Below the pieces are notes generated by a model. The model was not told the DNA's origin. It did not search any database and was given only the letters and a program-made list of their open reading frames with translations. The translations under genes were made by a program, and so were the position numbers. Shown one piece after another: positions 1 through 9,372 of a stretch of DNA of 64,000 bases (its first letter is position 1; each line of letters opens with the position of its first letter). This DNA is from Clostridiales bacterium (GTDB lineage Bacteria; Bacillota; Clostridia; Christensenellales; CAG-138), in contig DUPG01000021.1 in the NCBI GenBank assembly GCA_012838425.1, positions 21,413 through 85,412 on the forward strand, written 5' to 3'.

Positions 1-165
1 ACGCATACGCGAAACAAACGGGAATGACGACACGCTAATATCGGCAATATTCATGTAAAAAAGCTGTACTTTCAGCACAAAAAAACTCCTCAAAGCTTGA
101 TTGGCATTATTATACTTGAAATTCTATGGCTTTCAAACCTTTTTGGGCGCATTGGCATAGTTTGC

Positions 166-194
166 TTGACTATTTTCAAAAAATGAATTATATT
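166..194 (+). promoter_or_regulatory. candidate sigma-A-type promoter for purA-purB
   Basis: TTGACT (166-171), 17-nt spacer, TATATT (189-194), about 55 nt upstream of the purA ATG. Confidence 0.45.
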
Positions 195-249
195 TAGTCT
201 GTTGCGTTAAGTAATATTTATCGCAAATATTAACTTTAAGGAGTCTATA

Positions 250-1527
250 ATGTCAACATGTGCGATAGTCGGAATAAACTGGGGCGATGAGGGCAAGGGC
301 CGAATGGTCGATTTGCTTGCAGAACAGTTCAATATTGTAGTGCGCTATCAAGGCGGCAGCAACGCAGGGCATACTGTTATAAACGAGTTCGGCAAGTTCG
401 CGCTGAACCTGTTGCCTTCGGGTATTTTCCGCTCAGATGTAATAAATGTGTTGGGAAACGGCGTAGCGCTTGACCCCGAGCACCTAAGCGGTGAAATAGA
501 CAGGCTTCGTTCTGTTGGCGTTATCATTACACCCGATAACCTGAAGATTTCTGACCGCGCATGTATTGTTTTCCCATTTCACAAACTTTTAGACGAATTA
601 GAGGAAATCAGGCTAAGCGATAAGAAATACGGTTCTACAAAGCGTGGAATAGCACCTATTTACGGCGACAAATATCAAAAGAAGGCAATTCAGGCAGGCG
701 AGGTGCTTACTCCCGACTATTTGAGAGAACGCCTGCACGACATAGTTGCGTGGAAGAATCTAACTATATCCGGCGTGTACGGTGCAAAGCCCATTGACGA
801 AAAAGAGCTGTGGGACTGGTGTGAAAAGTTCTTGTTGCCCTTAGCGCCATTTATCTGTAACACGGGCAAGCTGCTTGAGGAAGCACATAGAGATAATAAG
901 AGCATATTGTTTGAAGCACAATTAGGTGCATTACGCGATATTGACTATGGTATTTACCCCTACTCTACTTCTTCATCGCCCTTGGCAAGCTATGCGCCCA
1001 TTGGTTCCGGCGCACCCTGGATACAGATTGACGATTGCTTGGGCGTTGTTAAAGCATTTTCTACCTGCGTAGGCGAAGGACCTTTCGTGGTTGAGCTGTT
1101 CGGGGAAGAAGCCGAAAAGCTAAGAGAAATTGGAAACGAGTATGGCGCAGCGACAGGGCGCCCCCGCAGGGTTGGCCCGTTAGACTTAGTGGCTACGCGC
1201 TATGGCGTACGCGTGCAGGGCGCAACACAGTTGGCATTGACAAAGCTTGATGTGCTTTCCTACATGGATAAAATACCTGTTTGCGTTGCGTATAAGCTTA
1301 AAGATGGCACAATTACAACCGATTTCCCGTTCACACCCTATCTTTACGGCGCAACTCCTATAATCGAATACTTCGACGGCTTTAATTGCGACATATCGGG
1401 AATTCGCGAATACGATAAGCTGCCCAAAGCCGCTAGGGAATACATTGAATATATAGAAGAAAAGGTAGATTGCAAGATAACCTACATATCAGTAGGTCCC
1501 AAACGCGAGGAGATAATTATTCGTTAA
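250..1527 (+). CDS. purA: adenylosuccinate synthetase
   Basis: 425 aa. N-terminal GINWGDEGKGR and QGGSNAGHTV motifs are typical of PurA. AAGGAG RBS lies 7 nt before the ATG. purB follows 12 nt later. Confidence 0.95.
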   Translation: MSTCAIVGINWGDEGKGRMVDLLAEQFNIVVRYQGGSNAGHTVINEFGKFALNLLPSGIFRSDVINVLGNGVALDPEHLSGEIDRLRSVGVIITPDNLKISDRACIVFPFHKLLDELEEIRLSDKKYGSTKRGIAPIYGDKYQKKAIQAGEVLTPDYLRERLHDIVAWKNLTISGVYGAKPIDEKELWDWCEKFLLPLAPFICNTGKLLEEAHRDNKSILFEAQLGALRDIDYGIYPYSTSSSPLASYAPIGSGAPWIQIDDCLGVVKAFSTCVGEGPFVVELFGEEAEKLREIGNEYGAATGRPRRVGPLDLVATRYGVRVQGATQLALTKLDVLSYMDKIPVCVAYKLKDGTITTDFPFTPYLYGATPIIEYFDGFNCDISGIREYDKLPKAAREYIEYIEEKVDCKITYISVGPKREEIIIR

Positions 1528-1539
1528 TAGGAGAACCAT

Positions 1540-2970
1540 ATGGAAAAAACCGTTTACGAAAGCCCATTGTGCAGCCGATATGCTTCAGATGAAATGCAAT
1601 ATCTGTTCTCGCCTGACATGCGCTATCACACATGGCGCAGGTTATGGGTTGCATTGGCAAAGGCAGAAAAGGAATTAGGGCTTGATATTACGCAAGAGCA
1701 GATTGATGAGCTAATAGCAGGCATAGAGCATATTGACTACGAAGCGATTGCTAAAAAAGAGAAAGAAACACGCCACGATGTAATGTCGCACATATACGGA
1801 TATGGGCTTAACTGCCCCAATGCTAAGGGCATAATTCATCTTGGGGCAACAAGCTGTTATGTTACCGATAACGCCGATGCTTTAATCTATATAGACGCGC
1901 TGAAGCTTGTTATAAAGAAGGTTCTTAATGTTATTGCTAACTTAGCTGAATTTGCTGAGCAATACAAGGACTTGCCTACATTGGGCTATACCCATTTTCA
2001 GCCTGCACAGCCTACGACTGTTGGCAAACGCGCATGCTTGTGGATACAGGACTTCATGCTTGACCTTGAAGAGCTGACTTTCGTAAAGAACACTACCAAG
2101 CTATTAGGCTGCAAGGGAACAACAGGCACACAGGCAAGCTTTTTAAGTCTCTTTAACGGAGACCACGAAAAAGTAAAGAAACTGGACAAGCTTATTGCGC
2201 AGGAATTCGGAATGAGCGACACCTACCCTGTTTCAGGGCAGACATATCCGAGAAAAGCAGACTCAAGAATACTTAATGTTCTGTCATCCGTCGCACAAAG
2301 CGCATATAGATTCGCGAACGATATGCGCCTGTTGCAGCACATGAGAGAGATTGAGGAGCCTTTTGAAAAGAATCAGATAGGTTCATCTGCTATGGCATAT
2401 AAGCGCAATCCTATGAGGTGTGAGCGCATCTGCTCGCTTTCAAGGTATGTAATCACCAACGCGCAGAACGCAGCTAATACTGCAGCTACACAGTGGTTAG
2501 AGCGCACATTAGACGATTCGGCGAATAGGCGAATCTCACTTCCCGAAGGCTTCTTGGCAATAGACGCTGTACTTAACCTGATGATAAATGTAACAAGCGG
2601 CTTGGTTGTATATCCAAAGGTTATTGAAAAAAACCTTATGGAATTCCTGCCCTTTATAGCTACTGAAAACCTGCTTATGAGCGCAGCAAAGGCCGGCGGC
2701 GACCGTCAGGAAATGCACGAAATTATACGAAAGCACTCTATGGACGCTGCTGCGCGTATGAAATTAGAGGGCAAGGATTGTGATTTGCTGCACCGCCTTG
2801 CTAACGATACGGCGTTTATACTCGATAAAGAGCAGATAGAAAGTGCTTTGAACCCGAAGGACTATGTAGGCAGAGCACCGCAGCAGGTTACTGAATATCT
2901 TAATGAGTATGTGTACCCTGCTTTGAAGGCTAATGACTTTGAAAAGGTTATAGCTGAAGTGAATGTATAA
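1540..2970 (+). CDS. purB: adenylosuccinate lyase
   Basis: 476 aa with the fumarate-lyase superfamily signature GSSAMAYKRNP. Length and N-terminus (SPLCSRYAS) fit B. subtilis-type PurB. AGGAG RBS. Confidence 0.95.
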   Translation: MEKTVYESPLCSRYASDEMQYLFSPDMRYHTWRRLWVALAKAEKELGLDITQEQIDELIAGIEHIDYEAIAKKEKETRHDVMSHIYGYGLNCPNAKGIIHLGATSCYVTDNADALIYIDALKLVIKKVLNVIANLAEFAEQYKDLPTLGYTHFQPAQPTTVGKRACLWIQDFMLDLEELTFVKNTTKLLGCKGTTGTQASFLSLFNGDHEKVKKLDKLIAQEFGMSDTYPVSGQTYPRKADSRILNVLSSVAQSAYRFANDMRLLQHMREIEEPFEKNQIGSSAMAYKRNPMRCERICSLSRYVITNAQNAANTAATQWLERTLDDSANRRISLPEGFLAIDAVLNLMINVTSGLVVYPKVIEKNLMEFLPFIATENLLMSAAKAGGDRQEMHEIIRKHSMDAAARMKLEGKDCDLLHRLANDTAFILDKEQIESALNPKDYVGRAPQQVTEYLNEYVYPALKANDFEKVIAEVNV

Positions 2971-2990
2971 TCAAGTAAAACAATAGGCTC

Positions 2991-3018
2991 AAAGCCCCAC
3001 TATTTCAGCGGGGCTTTT
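2991..3018 (+). terminator. rho-independent terminator after purB
   Basis: AAAGCCCC (2991-2998) pairs with GGGGCTTT (3010-3017) across an 11-nt loop, followed by a T-rich run. Confidence 0.65.
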
Positions 3019-3029
3019 ACTATTCTTTG

Positions 3030-3419
3030 CTACTCATTGAATGAGCCTATTTCTATTAAATTCCCCTCAGGGTCTGCTGCATAACAGGTACGCTGTCCCC
3101 ATGGCTGAGTCGCAGGTGCCATTACAGGTACTGCGCCTATTGATACTACTTCATCAAAAGCAATGTCAACTGCTGAAAAGCTTTCTACGCTCAAGGCTAT
3201 CTCGTAATGTCCGTTGATTTTCTCGGCATAATCGAACTTCCTGCCTGTCATTTTCTCAATATCGTTTCTTCCGTAAAGCATAAAAAGTGTACCGTCTTTT
3301 ATCAAATACACAATTGATGTATCTTCACCTTCTGTTATTTCAAACCCAAGCACATCTCTGTAAAAGCGCAACATGCTTGCCATGTCCTTAACGAATATCC
3401 CAAAACCGTCTAATCTCAT
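3030..3419 (-). CDS. VOC/glyoxalase-bleomycin resistance family protein
   Basis: 129 aa. Start pattern MRLDGFGIFVKD...FYRDVLGF and C-terminal DPEGNLIEI are typical of the vicinal-oxygen-chelate fold. GGAGGAAAAAT RBS. Confidence 0.75.
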   Translation of the reverse strand: MRLDGFGIFVKDMASMLRFYRDVLGFEITEGEDTSIVYLIKDGTLFMLYGRNDIEKMTGRKFDYAEKINGHYEIALSVESFSAVDIAFDEVVSIGAVPVMAPATQPWGQRTCYAADPEGNLIEIGSFNE

Positions 3420-3485
3420 ATTTTTCCTCCAAGCTTTTCAACGATTATATTAGTTAGCACTCGTATAGGCAAACCGTTTGTCCAA

Positions 3486-3527
3486 CAAATAAAAACAAAA
3501 GCGTTTGAGATATTCCCAAACGCTTTC
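3486..3527 (-). terminator. rho-independent terminator after the prepilin-like gene
   Basis: Perfect 10-bp stem AAAGCGTTTG / CAAACGCTTT (about 3498-3526). On the minus strand it is followed by TTTTGTTTTTATTT. Confidence 0.65.
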
Positions 3528-3554
3528 ATCAGATTTATTAACGGATAATTAAGC

Positions 3555-5039
3555 TTACGCGCCTAAGTTGCGAACCTTGCCGCCTGCGATTCTGCCAATG
3601 AGTTCAGAAGAAGCATTTGTTTGAATAGCAACTGAGCCATCGTGGTTGTATATCGTTACATTGTTGGTAATTGCGTTGCCAAACTTGTCAAAGCCTGTGA
3701 AATAACCAGTGGAACCGCTGCTGGGAGTACCTACTATCTTGCTGCCGGCGCCAACTGTGAAATTCTTGAACTCGGCATCCTGCTCAATATGATATGCAAT
3801 CATATATCCTGCTGTCAATGTGCCTGTTGACTCTTGAGTCATTGTGCCTGTGTATGAGCAGTCGATTATAGATGTTTCATTACCTGTCTGCGCAGCGATA
3901 CCACCCATCAATGTGTTACCTGTTGTGAGTGTGGTTGTGAAATCAGCGTTTACATGGCAGTTCTTGAATGTTGAGCCTGCTGTGTACCATGCAATACCGC
4001 CTATCTGTTTAGTGCCAATGAGTTTACCCGAAACATTGATGTTCTGGAATACGCAGTCATAGCCATAATATGCTGCAGCCGCAAGACAGTCATTCGAGTC
4101 GTCAGTCTTGACATTTACAAAATTGACATTCTTAATGCAAGACTTTGTTTCGCCGTCCCAATATGTGCCGCCAAACAAAGCGCAGCCTGTAATCTGTACA
4201 GTATTTCCTTCGCCGTCTATGTAAGGCAAGGTAATAACATCAGTAGAGTTCAGGTCGTAAATTGTATGACCGTTGCCATCGAATGTTCCCAAGAAGGAAT
4301 CATTGTAGTCGCCTATGGGAGTCCACTCAATACCGCCCAAGAAAATATCGCAGTCTAATTTCAAATTAGTCGCCAAATCAAGCTGACCGTTGTTAAAATA
4401 CTGTGCGAAGGAATACAAATCGCGTGTGCTCTTAATCAATATCGCTTCTTTAGTAACACCATTTGCGTCTGTTACAGTAGTTGTTTGGTTTTGCAATGTT
4501 GCAAGAGGAGTTAATACGCTGAAATATGCGTTTGTATCCTGCATATCACCGGTTATTCTGCCTTCATATATATGAACATTAGTGAGATGCGCCCCGATTT
4601 GCGTTCTGCCGATTACCGCAGAGGATGAGCCAAGCACTACAGTACGGCTGACCAAATCATCAAGCACGGCCTCAATAGCAACACGAAGCTGCTCCTCGTA
4701 ATCCGCAGCATTTTTGTTAACGGAGCAATCAAAAACCAACTCGGTTTCCTTAACGCTTCCGCCGATATCCGACACATATTCAAAAACATATAGCTTATTC
4801 GCTTTGTGAACGAATATTAGTGAGTCTGGAACTACCGCGCCAGCGCCCTCGGGATTGTCAGCAGTTTCGATAATGTGATTAGTAATCTCATTCTTTGCAT
4901 CAGCATATGCTGACTTGCGATTAGACTTCTCAATAATATTTGAGAAGGACGGTATCAAAATTGCAGCTAATATGCCTATTACCGCAATCACTATAATCAA
5001 CTCAACAATAGTGAACGCTCTTTTGCTCTTGTTTTTCAT
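3555..5039 (-). CDS. prepilin-type N-terminal cleavage/methylation domain protein with large GLUG-motif/beta-helix C-terminal domain
   Basis: 494 aa. The N-terminus MKNKSKRA|FTIVELIIVIAVIGILAAILIP is a class III (type IV pilin) signal with Glu at +5. The C-terminal ~300 aa carry an FDGNGHTIYDL motif and repeated G-G-[IT]-[AY] turns (LFGGT, IGGIAW, MGGIAAQ, IGRIAGG), as in GLUG-motif adhesin repeats. AGGAG RBS. Confidence 0.8.
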   Translation of the reverse strand: MKNKSKRAFTIVELIIVIAVIGILAAILIPSFSNIIEKSNRKSAYADAKNEITNHIIETADNPEGAGAVVPDSLIFVHKANKLYVFEYVSDIGGSVKETELVFDCSVNKNAADYEEQLRVAIEAVLDDLVSRTVVLGSSSAVIGRTQIGAHLTNVHIYEGRITGDMQDTNAYFSVLTPLATLQNQTTTVTDANGVTKEAILIKSTRDLYSFAQYFNNGQLDLATNLKLDCDIFLGGIEWTPIGDYNDSFLGTFDGNGHTIYDLNSTDVITLPYIDGEGNTVQITGCALFGGTYWDGETKSCIKNVNFVNVKTDDSNDCLAAAAYYGYDCVFQNINVSGKLIGTKQIGGIAWYTAGSTFKNCHVNADFTTTLTTGNTLMGGIAAQTGNETSIIDCSYTGTMTQESTGTLTAGYMIAYHIEQDAEFKNFTVGAGSKIVGTPSSGSTGYFTGFDKFGNAITNNVTIYNHDGSVAIQTNASSELIGRIAGGKVRNLGA

Positions 5040-5097
5040 AGCTTACGCTCCTTTCTTTACAAGCGTTAATAATTACTACGCTCGCTACAAAAAATGT

Positions 5098-5126
5098 AGC
5101 ATATCATATTTGTTGAATGTTGTCAA
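5098..5126 (-). promoter_or_regulatory. candidate sigma-A-type promoter for the prepilin-like gene
   Basis: Minus strand reads TTGACA (5126-5121), 17-nt spacer, TATGCT (5103-5098), about 55 nt upstream of the ATG at 5039. Confidence 0.4.
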
Positions 5127-5184
5127 TAAAGTAAGCGAAATTATTTATTCAAAATTTCATAGATTTTTAATTGTTCTTGGCTTT

Positions 5185-6462
5185 TTATATCAAAGCCATG
5201 CCTAAAGTCAGAATACCGATATTATTGCTATAGATTATCGGGAACTGCGACAAAGGCAGGGGACTTGTGCCTACGCCGACCTCAATAGTATAGCCCGGTC
5301 GGTTATATGTTTGAATGAACCAATCCTTATAGCCTGCGTATGCGGATTCAGGCGGAGTCAATGAAAGCTCATAGCCGCTTGACGCCGCAAAGGCTTCGCC
5401 GATTTCGCGTGAACGCGGGGGCTCATAGTCAAGATACTTCCAATAGATTACCCTACCCTGTGTATGATATGCCAATATCAGCCTGAAATCATTCTGTAAT
5501 GTGAACTGCTCCATAGCTTGACTTTCAGGCGCACTCAAGGGTTCAGTGCCTACATAATCACGCGGAGCAGGCGATGTAAAGCCCTGCGCGAACTTAATAT
5601 CACGCGCTAACTCCCAGCCTGCTGGGTAGTTCAGATTCAAATCTGTGCCCAATATGTTCGCCTTCCAGCCTTCAGGGAACGGAACATCAGGGTATGCGGC
5701 TGAAATTGCACGCGCTTGATTATAGAAGGTGCCCTGCGATAATACACCTGTTACCAAATCAACACCGTCGGGGTTTACCATAGGAATTACTGTTAGGTTC
5801 ACATTGTTCAGCAATTCATTCGCGCTTATGTTGTATATGTTACCGCCTGACGCAAATGCGCGGCTTAAATCCTCAACATATTTCAATAATACATATGATG
5901 TTATCCACTCGTTTGCGTGATGAGCGGCGTTATATGCAACCTGCGTTCTGCCCGTTCCCAAACGCATGAAAAGCAAATCCTTGCCCATTACGCTGGTACC
6001 TAAAGAGCCAACGCGAATAAAGGGATAGCGCATAGCCAAGCCTTCAATCATAAGCGCGTTGAGCTCAGACGATATGGGAATGTCCGTCGGCACTACATCA
6101 AAGCTGAGGGGAACTATTATTCGCGTTCCTACCTGAATATTCAGGGGGTTGATGTTCGGGTTTGCTGTTCTTATCGCGCTGACACTCGTATTGTATTTTT
6201 CGGCTAACTGCCAGAAGGTTTCTCCCCTGTTTATAGAGTGGGTAACATAGCCTACAAGATATGGCCTCAGCATTGACCAAGTAAGCATACCCACTATACC
6301 GTCTGCGACTAAACCATTGGCTCTTTGGAAGCGTTGAACTGCTGAAAGCGTGCGCGTACCGAATATTCCGTCAATCTCACCGGGATTGTAGTCGGCTCTA
6401 TCCAGTGCCGTTTGCAGTACAAAAACCTCTTGTCCTGCGCTTCCAACTCTTAGCGTTCTCAT
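5185..6462 (-). CDS. M14-family gamma-D-glutamyl-(L)-meso-diaminopimelate peptidase-like protein with PG_binding_1 and LysM domains
   Basis: 425 aa. N-terminal peptidoglycan-binding repeat (GSAGQEVFVLQTAL...DGIFGTRTLSAVQRFQ...DGIVG) is followed by a LysM (GETFWQLAEKYNTSVSAIRTANP) and then a zinc carboxypeptidase core with HHANEW (HxxE). No signal peptide. GGAGGAG RBS. Confidence 0.8.
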   Translation of the reverse strand: MRTLRVGSAGQEVFVLQTALDRADYNPGEIDGIFGTRTLSAVQRFQRANGLVADGIVGMLTWSMLRPYLVGYVTHSINRGETFWQLAEKYNTSVSAIRTANPNINPLNIQVGTRIIVPLSFDVVPTDIPISSELNALMIEGLAMRYPFIRVGSLGTSVMGKDLLFMRLGTGRTQVAYNAAHHANEWITSYVLLKYVEDLSRAFASGGNIYNISANELLNNVNLTVIPMVNPDGVDLVTGVLSQGTFYNQARAISAAYPDVPFPEGWKANILGTDLNLNYPAGWELARDIKFAQGFTSPAPRDYVGTEPLSAPESQAMEQFTLQNDFRLILAYHTQGRVIYWKYLDYEPPRSREIGEAFAASSGYELSLTPPESAYAGYKDWFIQTYNRPGYTIEVGVGTSPLPLSQFPIIYSNNIGILTLGMALI

Positions 6463-6504
6463 AGACTCCTCCTAACAAATTTAGATACTGAAATCGCGAT
6501 AATA

Positions 6505-6522
6505 TGGGGGCATATGCCCCCA
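6505..6522 (-). terminator. GC-rich palindromic hairpin after the SBP gene (possible terminator)
   Basis: TGGGGGCATATGCCCCCA is a perfect palindrome. The downstream U-tract on the minus strand is weak (TATTATCGCGATTT). Confidence 0.4.
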
Positions 6523-6540
6523 ATGAAAGCTATACGGAGC

Positions 6541-7539
6541 TTATTCGCCTACTATTTTTTGAGCAAAGCTGTTATCTACCAAATCCGTAAAATCAACTCT
6601 TGACTTAAGCTCTCCGGCGGTTTCTATAACATCGAGCAAGCGGTTAAAGGAATCCTCTGTCATAATGGGATTCTGCATCCAACAGTCTGCTTCGCGATAG
6701 CTCTTTGCGACCGCTTCAAGTATTTCTATTGAGGTGTCGGGGAAGAATGGCTGAACAGCAGTCGCTATTTCATTGTCTGTAGCTGTAACAACCCATTTTT
6801 GCGCAGCATAGATTGAGCGCAAGAACGCTTCTATGAATTGCGGGTCATCTTTTATCATCTTTTGAGTTACCATGAATGTCGTATAAGGTATTTCGCCCGA
6901 TTCAAGACCTATTTGGCTTACTATGTAGCCCTTGCCCTCTTTTACCAGCATGGAAGCTGTGGGCTCAAACAAAGGTACATAATCGCCTGTTCCACCCTCA
7001 AATGCACCAGCTATGAGGTTGAATTGAATATTATCAAGCACAGTAACATCAACGCCGGGGGTTAAGCCATGCTTTTTGAGAATGTACTCAAGCGTCATAA
7101 AGGGCATACCGCCGCGTCTGCCGCCTATAATCGTCTTACCCTCTAAGCTTTCCCAAGTGAAAGTATCCTTTTCATCAACACGCGAAATCAAAAATGAGCC
7201 GTCGCGCTTTGTTAGCTGCCCTATTATTACGGGGTGGTCTTCTTTACCTTCGTTTATTACATATACGCCTGTTTCCGGTCCCATGAGAGCAATTTCCGCG
7301 TCGCCGGCTAACAGCGCCGTCATGCTCTTGTCGCTTCCGCCGCCAGTTACTATTTCGATTTTCAAGCCATTTTCCTCAAAAAAGCCCTTTGAAGCGGCAA
7401 CATAAAGCGGCGTATAGAATACCGAGCGCGTTACCTCATTCAATGTGAACTCCCTTAGTTTCTCCTCATTGTTTTCACAGCCTGCAAGCATTGTGAAAAT
7501 AAGCAATAAGCACATTAAAGCTAAGATAATCTTTTTCAT
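6541..7539 (-). CDS. ABC transporter substrate-binding lipoprotein, NMT1/THI5-SsuA/TauA-like
   Basis: 332 aa. Signal peptide with canonical lipobox LAGC. Body resembles the NMT1-like periplasmic binding fold (FYTPLYVAASKGFFEENGLKIEI). GGAGG RBS. Confidence 0.8.
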   Translation of the reverse strand: MKKIILALMCLLLIFTMLAGCENNEEKLREFTLNEVTRSVFYTPLYVAASKGFFEENGLKIEIVTGGGSDKSMTALLAGDAEIALMGPETGVYVINEGKEDHPVIIGQLTKRDGSFLISRVDEKDTFTWESLEGKTIIGGRRGGMPFMTLEYILKKHGLTPGVDVTVLDNIQFNLIAGAFEGGTGDYVPLFEPTASMLVKEGKGYIVSQIGLESGEIPYTTFMVTQKMIKDDPQFIEAFLRSIYAAQKWVVTATDNEIATAVQPFFPDTSIEILEAVAKSYREADCWMQNPIMTEDSFNRLLDVIETAGELKSRVDFTDLVDNSFAQKIVGE

Positions 7540-7710
7540 ATTAAAAGAACCTCCAGTTTTGACTTTATTACAGCATATTCAACAAGGCTTGTTTGGGTTA
7601 CAAAATATTTCTGTTTCGTTGTGATTTAATTTATGATTGCAAAATCCGCCATGATATTATATAATTGATAAGTATTGATATAGGCAGCATAAACCATGGA
7701 GGTAGTACAT

Positions 7711-9372
7711 ATGAAATGTCCTGTTTGCGGCACTGAAAACCCCGATAATCACAAGTTTTGCTCTGAATGTGCATATCCTCTCTCAAAGGCTGATAACAGC
7801 ACAAAAGAAGGCGAATCAGATATAAACACAGACGAAAATCCCCCGGCGGAGCAGGCTGATAGCCGCCCCAAACAGCGTGCGTTGTCGGAATCCGCGCAGA
7901 GAATACTTGATAATCTTTTCGACGACGAGGAATCTGATAATTCAGAGAAAGCAACGGACGACGAAGAGGAATTCGACGAAGAGCTTGATGAAGAAGAGTA
8001 TGACGACGAAGAGCTTTTAGACGATTCAGACGATGAGGAGGAATACGAGGAAGCTCCGCGCCGCAAAGAAAAGAAGGTTATGAGAGAAAATACAGAAAGA
8101 GAAAAGAAAACAAAGAATAAACGCAAGGCAGAAGGCGGCGGCAACGCACCATTCATATTTGTAACAATTGTGCTTATTGTGCTTATTGCCGCACTGTTCT
8201 ATGTTTATCTTTTGAAGGAATTTAACGGCAGCTTAAACCTGTTGGTTTCTAATTACTTCGGCACTAATCCTATAACTGCGCCTGCAACCATTACCGAGGT
8301 TACGACCGAAGACGGCGAGCCTGCGCTATTGATTACCGTATATGCAAAGAAGGGATATATTGTGCTGTTTGAAGAAGGCTCCGCACGAAAAGAGGCAGTA
8401 GTCGAGGGTCATTCAGTATCCTTCAGGGTGCCGCAGTCGCTGTGGATTCCGCAGGACGCTTCGGAAACCGATGTAATAGAGATAAAGCCTACTGTTTTTG
8501 TGAAAGACCCGAACACGAATGTAATCACACAGGTTGAGTTCACGCCCTTTGTGATTCATATACCTTCTGTTACGGTTACTATACTGCTTCCCGAAACGCT
8601 TACTTTTGTTACCAGCTCCTCAACTGTTGAGATAGCAGGCTATGTGAGCGACCCGACAGCAAGCGTTTTCATGGGTAACACTCAGCTTCAAACAGACGCG
8701 AACGGTTACTTCAGAGGTATATACCATTTAGAAAAGTTAGGCGAAACACAGGTTAAAATCGAAGCGCGCAAGGCAGGCTATGCCGTAGGCAGCGCAGTCA
8801 TTAGCATTACATACACAAAGAGCGAGATTAACCTGAACATTACTAACGATACTATGCGCACATTTACCGACACAATAGAGATTAAGGGCACTATTGACCC
8901 GGGCGCTACGCTTTCGGTATCAGGCATTGAGGTTGAAGGCGATATATCAGTTAATGAAGACGGTTCTTTCAGCTTCATAGCAAAGGTGCCTAATGTAGGG
9001 CTGTATACTCCTAAGCTCACAGTATCACATGGTGATGTTACATCATCTGTGGATATTTATATAGAGCACGCCCCCGACCTTGACGAGTACATTCAGACCG
9101 CATGGGCATTAGACTATCAATGGATGTTAGAGCACCCGAGCATGAACCGCCACTTCGGCTTTACATGCAAGGTTATTGAGGTTATGCAGTCTGAGCCGTT
9201 CGTTATAGCCAAGGTCAGAACAGACAGCGGCGATTTGATAGTTTACTACTACCACACCACATTGGTAGAGGCTAATGACGGCAAGAATTACAGAATGTAC
9301 GCCTACTTAGACGGCAAGGACTTAGAAACCGGCTTGCCCATAATGTACTGCTGGTTCATTTACAAGAGCTGA
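7711..9372 (+). CDS. zinc-ribbon / polyacidic / single-TM membrane protein with Ig-like extracytoplasmic repeats (TcaA/YvbJ-like architecture)
   Basis: The ORF track starts at 7696, but GGAGG at 7698-7702 favours the ATG at 7711 (MKCPVCGTENPDNHKFCSECAYPL, a CxxC...CxxC ribbon). A D/E-rich tract follows, then a K/R patch, a TM segment (FIFVTIVLIVLIAALFYVYLL) and ~380 aa of beta-rich sequence. Confidence 0.7.
   Translation: MKCPVCGTENPDNHKFCSECAYPLSKADNSTKEGESDINTDENPPAEQADSRPKQRALSESAQRILDNLFDDEESDNSEKATDDEEEFDEELDEEEYDDEELLDDSDDEEEYEEAPRRKEKKVMRENTEREKKTKNKRKAEGGGNAPFIFVTIVLIVLIAALFYVYLLKEFNGSLNLLVSNYFGTNPITAPATITEVTTEDGEPALLITVYAKKGYIVLFEEGSARKEAVVEGHSVSFRVPQSLWIPQDASETDVIEIKPTVFVKDPNTNVITQVEFTPFVIHIPSVTVTILLPETLTFVTSSSTVEIAGYVSDPTASVFMGNTQLQTDANGYFRGIYHLEKLGETQVKIEARKAGYAVGSAVISITYTKSEINLNITNDTMRTFTDTIEIKGTIDPGATLSVSGIEVEGDISVNEDGSFSFIAKVPNVGLYTPKLTVSHGDVTSSVDIYIEHAPDLDEYIQTAWALDYQWMLEHPSMNRHFGFTCKVIEVMQSEPFVIAKVRTDSGDLIVYYYHTTLVEANDGKNYRMYAYLDGKDLETGLPIMYCWFIYKS

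Noticed and set aside
1-52. Possible 5' end of a minus-strand gene (ATG at 52-50, MNIADISVSS...)
   Set aside because: Only 17 codons are visible and there is no RBS within 15 nt upstream, so it cannot be supported.
212-232. AT-only inverted repeat TAATATTT-ATCGC-AAATATTA in the purA leader, with weak PurBox-like resemblance
   Set aside because: It is composed only of A/T apart from the spacer and matches the B. subtilis PurBox poorly. By eye it cannot be distinguished from chance in AT-rich DNA.
3454-3462. TTAGCACTC, a CIRCE half-site upstream of the VOC gene
   Set aside because: No GAGTGCTAA partner occurs 9 nt away on either side, so it is a single half-site that probably arose by chance.
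7749-8156. 135-aa Ser-rich ORF on the minus strand
   Set aside because: It is the reverse complement of the GAA/GAC-rich acidic tract of the zinc-ribbon protein. Its poly-Ser content is a compositional artefact.
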